A DNA stretch of 64,000 nt from Saprolegnia diclina VS20 (taxonomy: Eukaryota), in NCBI RefSeq assembly GCF_000281045.1, contig NW_008246072.1, positions 761,232 to 825,231 of the forward strand. The letters run 5' to 3'. Made by a program: the position numbers and the translations under genes. The notes beneath the pieces were generated by a model. The model was given only the letters and a program-made list of their open reading frames with translations, searched no databases and was not told where the DNA came from. The first letter of the stretch is position 1, and each line of letters begins with the position of its first letter. Shown piece after piece: positions 61,216 through 64,000 of this stretch.

Positions 61216-62041
61216 ATGAACGGCGACGAGCCGAGTCGCCCGGCGCCGCTCAAGGCCAAGTTCCAGATCGGGAGCGCCCAAGCGCCCATCAACTACAAGT
61301 TTCAAGAGTCGTGCTTCCACGTCGATGACATTCCGCCGCAAAAGCTCGCAGCCAAGCGCGAGATCCAAAAGTCGCTTGCGTCGCAGATTCTCGCCATCGA
61401 CAAGCACGAGTGGGACCCGTCGACGGCCGAGACGATGCTCAAAACGCCGAGCCACAAGCGCACCTTTGTGCACGCCGAGGTATCGTCGTCGAAATTCGAC
61501 ACCTTGTCCACGATACAAAGTGCAGATGAACCACGGCAACATGTACCAGTACAACTTTCGCGCCGAGAAGCTGCCCGACAAGTACCCGACGCTCCTCTCC
61601 AAGCCCAACAAGTTCAACACCGGCATCCTCGAGGTGGCGCAAACGAGCATTTACCGCGGCGAGTCGTTTGGCGACGAGCGCATGATGCGGGTGCGCGGGT
61701 CCTTGCGACGTGCAGCGACGCGCATTTGATGCGTAGGGCATCTGTAAACGCACAGAAGAGCTGCCAAATCACCCAAACCTCGTCGACGCCGAGCGCTGGA
61801 ATCACTCGACGCAGTTCTCCAAGCAAGAGCTGCGGCACAAGGTACACCTTGTCGTCGATTCGCAAGACACTATTGTGTATGAGTCTAGTTTAAAGAAAAG
61901 GAGGCCGCGCGGATAGCCAACTCGGAGCGAGTGATCGCCGCGACCGCCAAGGCCCACAAGAGCGTCATTGCACTCTACGAAGAGCAGAAGCGCACGCTGC
62001 GCGAGCAAAAGGCTGCGACGCTGGCATCGACGCGCAAGTAG
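61216..62041 (+). CDS. hypothetical protein, 4 exons
   Basis: continuous reading frame after removing three short GT-AG introns; C-terminal coiled coil. Confidence 0.7.
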
Positions 62042-62382
62042 ATTCATATGTAGAGTTATAATCGACAATAGGTCATCTTGTGCACTCTCACGTGTGGTCG
62101 GGAGCTATGACAGCAGGGCAAATAGTGCGGGCTAAAGCCGGCATCCCTCTCGAGGATCGTCCGTCTAGTCTCTCCAGGAGAGGGTCGAGCAGTAAGCCGG
62201 TGGCTTCTCGATGCATCCATCGAGGTTCTTGGTACATGCGTCGAGAAAGAACGCACAGTACGAGACGCGTGTCATGCCAGCTTTGTGGATCGCGCGGGTC
62301 GCCTGGTACAACCTGATTTCCCGCCAAAATGCAAAGTCGTATCCGGCGTTTGGATCATCCGGTTACGCGTGGAAAGTGCAAG

Positions 62383-64000
62383 ATGGCGGCAACCGACGAC
62401 GTCAACACGCTGGTGCGCCAGCTGCAGCGCCTGCCGGCGGTGCAAGGGTCGCTGGTGCGTGGCCTCGATGGACACGTGCACATTGACGGCGTCGCGTCAC
62501 CCATCGACCTCGCGCGGGATACGATGGCGATCCTCGCGGCGCATCCGTCCGGCCACGTGCCCGCGTCCAGCGTGCACTTTCTCAACGATGTGCCGCTGGA
62601 CGCCCGGAACGTAGCCGTCATTCGCGATGCCATCGAGGTAGCAATGACGCCAGAAGGGTCATATTCCCTAACGCTCTCGCACGTCGTTCTTCATCATGGC
62701 GGCGACGTGGCGCGCCTCCCATCGACTGCCCGATCGTTCGGTACGTTGGTGGTCTTCTACGCGTCGACGGCGGTTGGCGGTGACATAACGGCGTCGCTGG
62801 ACGGCGCAAAAGAGCACTGTTCGTCGTCAGACATGACCTTTTTGGCGTTCAACAACGCCTGCGACGTCACTGTGGCACCGATCATGAACGGTGCCCGCGC
62901 GATGCTCGTCTTTGACCTCGTCTACCGCGATGCCAACTACGAGGCGCCGAGTGTTGCCTCCGTGCTGACGGCGCTGCAAGTCGCGGCAACGAAAAAACGG
63001 CAAAAAACCACGCTACGCGCCCAGGTGCTGCTGCGGCAAGACGACCAGCTTGACATGGAGACTTTGGCGGCCTCGGACAAGCTGTTTGTGCAGCGCCTCG
63101 TGGATACTGACTGCTGGGACATTGCAGTCGTCCTCGCAGAGCCGCGACAGTGGGCTCCTGCAAACCAGCGCATCGAGAGCGAGGCGGTCGAGGTACGACG
63201 CGTCATGGTGGGACCAGTCCCAATCAGGCTCTCGCATGACGTAGGACAACATGTATCTTCTTCGAGCTCCTGACGACGAGCAAGACGGCAACGAGGAAGC
63301 TCGTGACGACAACGAGGAAGACGATGAAGAAGATGACGAAGATGAGGAAGACGATGAAGAAGATGACGAAGATGAGGAAGACGATGAAGAAGATGATGAA
63401 GATGAGGACGGCTACTACGAAGATGACCAGCCGATGTATTTCATTACTGCGTATGTCATGCATCCATCGAATGCTCTGCCGCCCGTCTTCGCGCATGCGC
63501 TCGACACCAAGCCGCTTCTGACGTATGTACAAGACGTCTACCTGCCGACGACGAGAAAAGGCTGTCTCGTCTTTTGGCCAAAGCAGCATCGGCTTCGGCT
63601 GCTCGGTTTCCGCGCCTCGCTGCGGCAGCTGGATGCGCTCGTGACGGGCGCGTCCACCGATCTCTACGGCTATGCATCGATGTTGGCGTTTGCTTACGCG
63701 GTGCTCGGCATGGTCGGCTCGGATGTTTCTCGTCTTTCGGAGAACACTGATGTCCCTGACGTCACGCGTCTCGGGCGCGTGCTCGTGGCGCTTGGCGACG
63801 TTCCGTTGCTGCGAGCGTTCGTCGCAGCGATCAATCTGCGCGAGGTTGACGCGCAGTTGCAAGCGCTGCTCGTGACGATGCTACGTCATTTCGGATGGCC
63901 GATTTTTGATGCGTCGATTCAGACGCTCTTGCAGCGTCCACATTTGGATCTGCTGGACGTGCAGCGTGGTGCCGGCCTCGTGGCTGCGTGCCTTCCACTG
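62383..64000 (+). CDS. degenerate 2OG-Fe(II) oxygenase-fold protein with acidic tract; runs off window
   Basis: SFGTLVVF..GGDI..FLAF..CDVTVAPIMNGARAMLVFDLVY resembles the DSBH consensus; reading frame breaks near 63.2 kb (intron or frameshift). Confidence 0.6.
63314..63403 (+). repeat. 30-bp tandem repeat x3 encoding a D/E tract
   Basis: GAGGAAGACGATGAAGAAGATGA(C/T)GAAGAT repeated three times. Confidence 0.9.

Overview
GC-rich eukaryotic genomic DNA with compact genes and short (~37-55 nt) spliceosomal introns, most likely an oomycete of the Saprolegnia type (inferred from gene families and intron style). There are two assembly gaps. Recognisable genes in order: RPL8/uL2, adrenodoxin reductase, Mn/Fe-SOD, a ZIP transporter relic, an intron-containing MinC, an OSCA/TMEM63 channel, DPH1, a TEY MAP kinase, LCB1, a large RCC1 + (lectin-like/EGF) repeat surface protein, a glucosidase II beta-like protein, an NBR1-like autophagy receptor, two tandem RING-H2 genes, a divergent Aurora-like kinase, DNALI1/p28, TTC5, ASCC3, a bZIP/M96-like gene, VPS16 and a degenerate 2OG-Fe(II)-fold gene. 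The 37-46 kb zone is rearranged and holds a kinase pseudogene, Tc1 and Copia remnants and a mini-foldback, all between ~450-bp inverted duplications. The most notable unexplained structures are: a candidate poison cassette exon in a structured RPL8 intron; a two-copy element with a 20-bp-phased ATTCGGCA array, one copy carrying a ~295-nt hairpin; a ~486-nt near-perfect foldback made from kinase coding sequence; a potentially invertible DNALI1 segment; and a recurring TATCCGGATA promoter motif. Coordinates of multi-exon genes are outer bounds read by eye.
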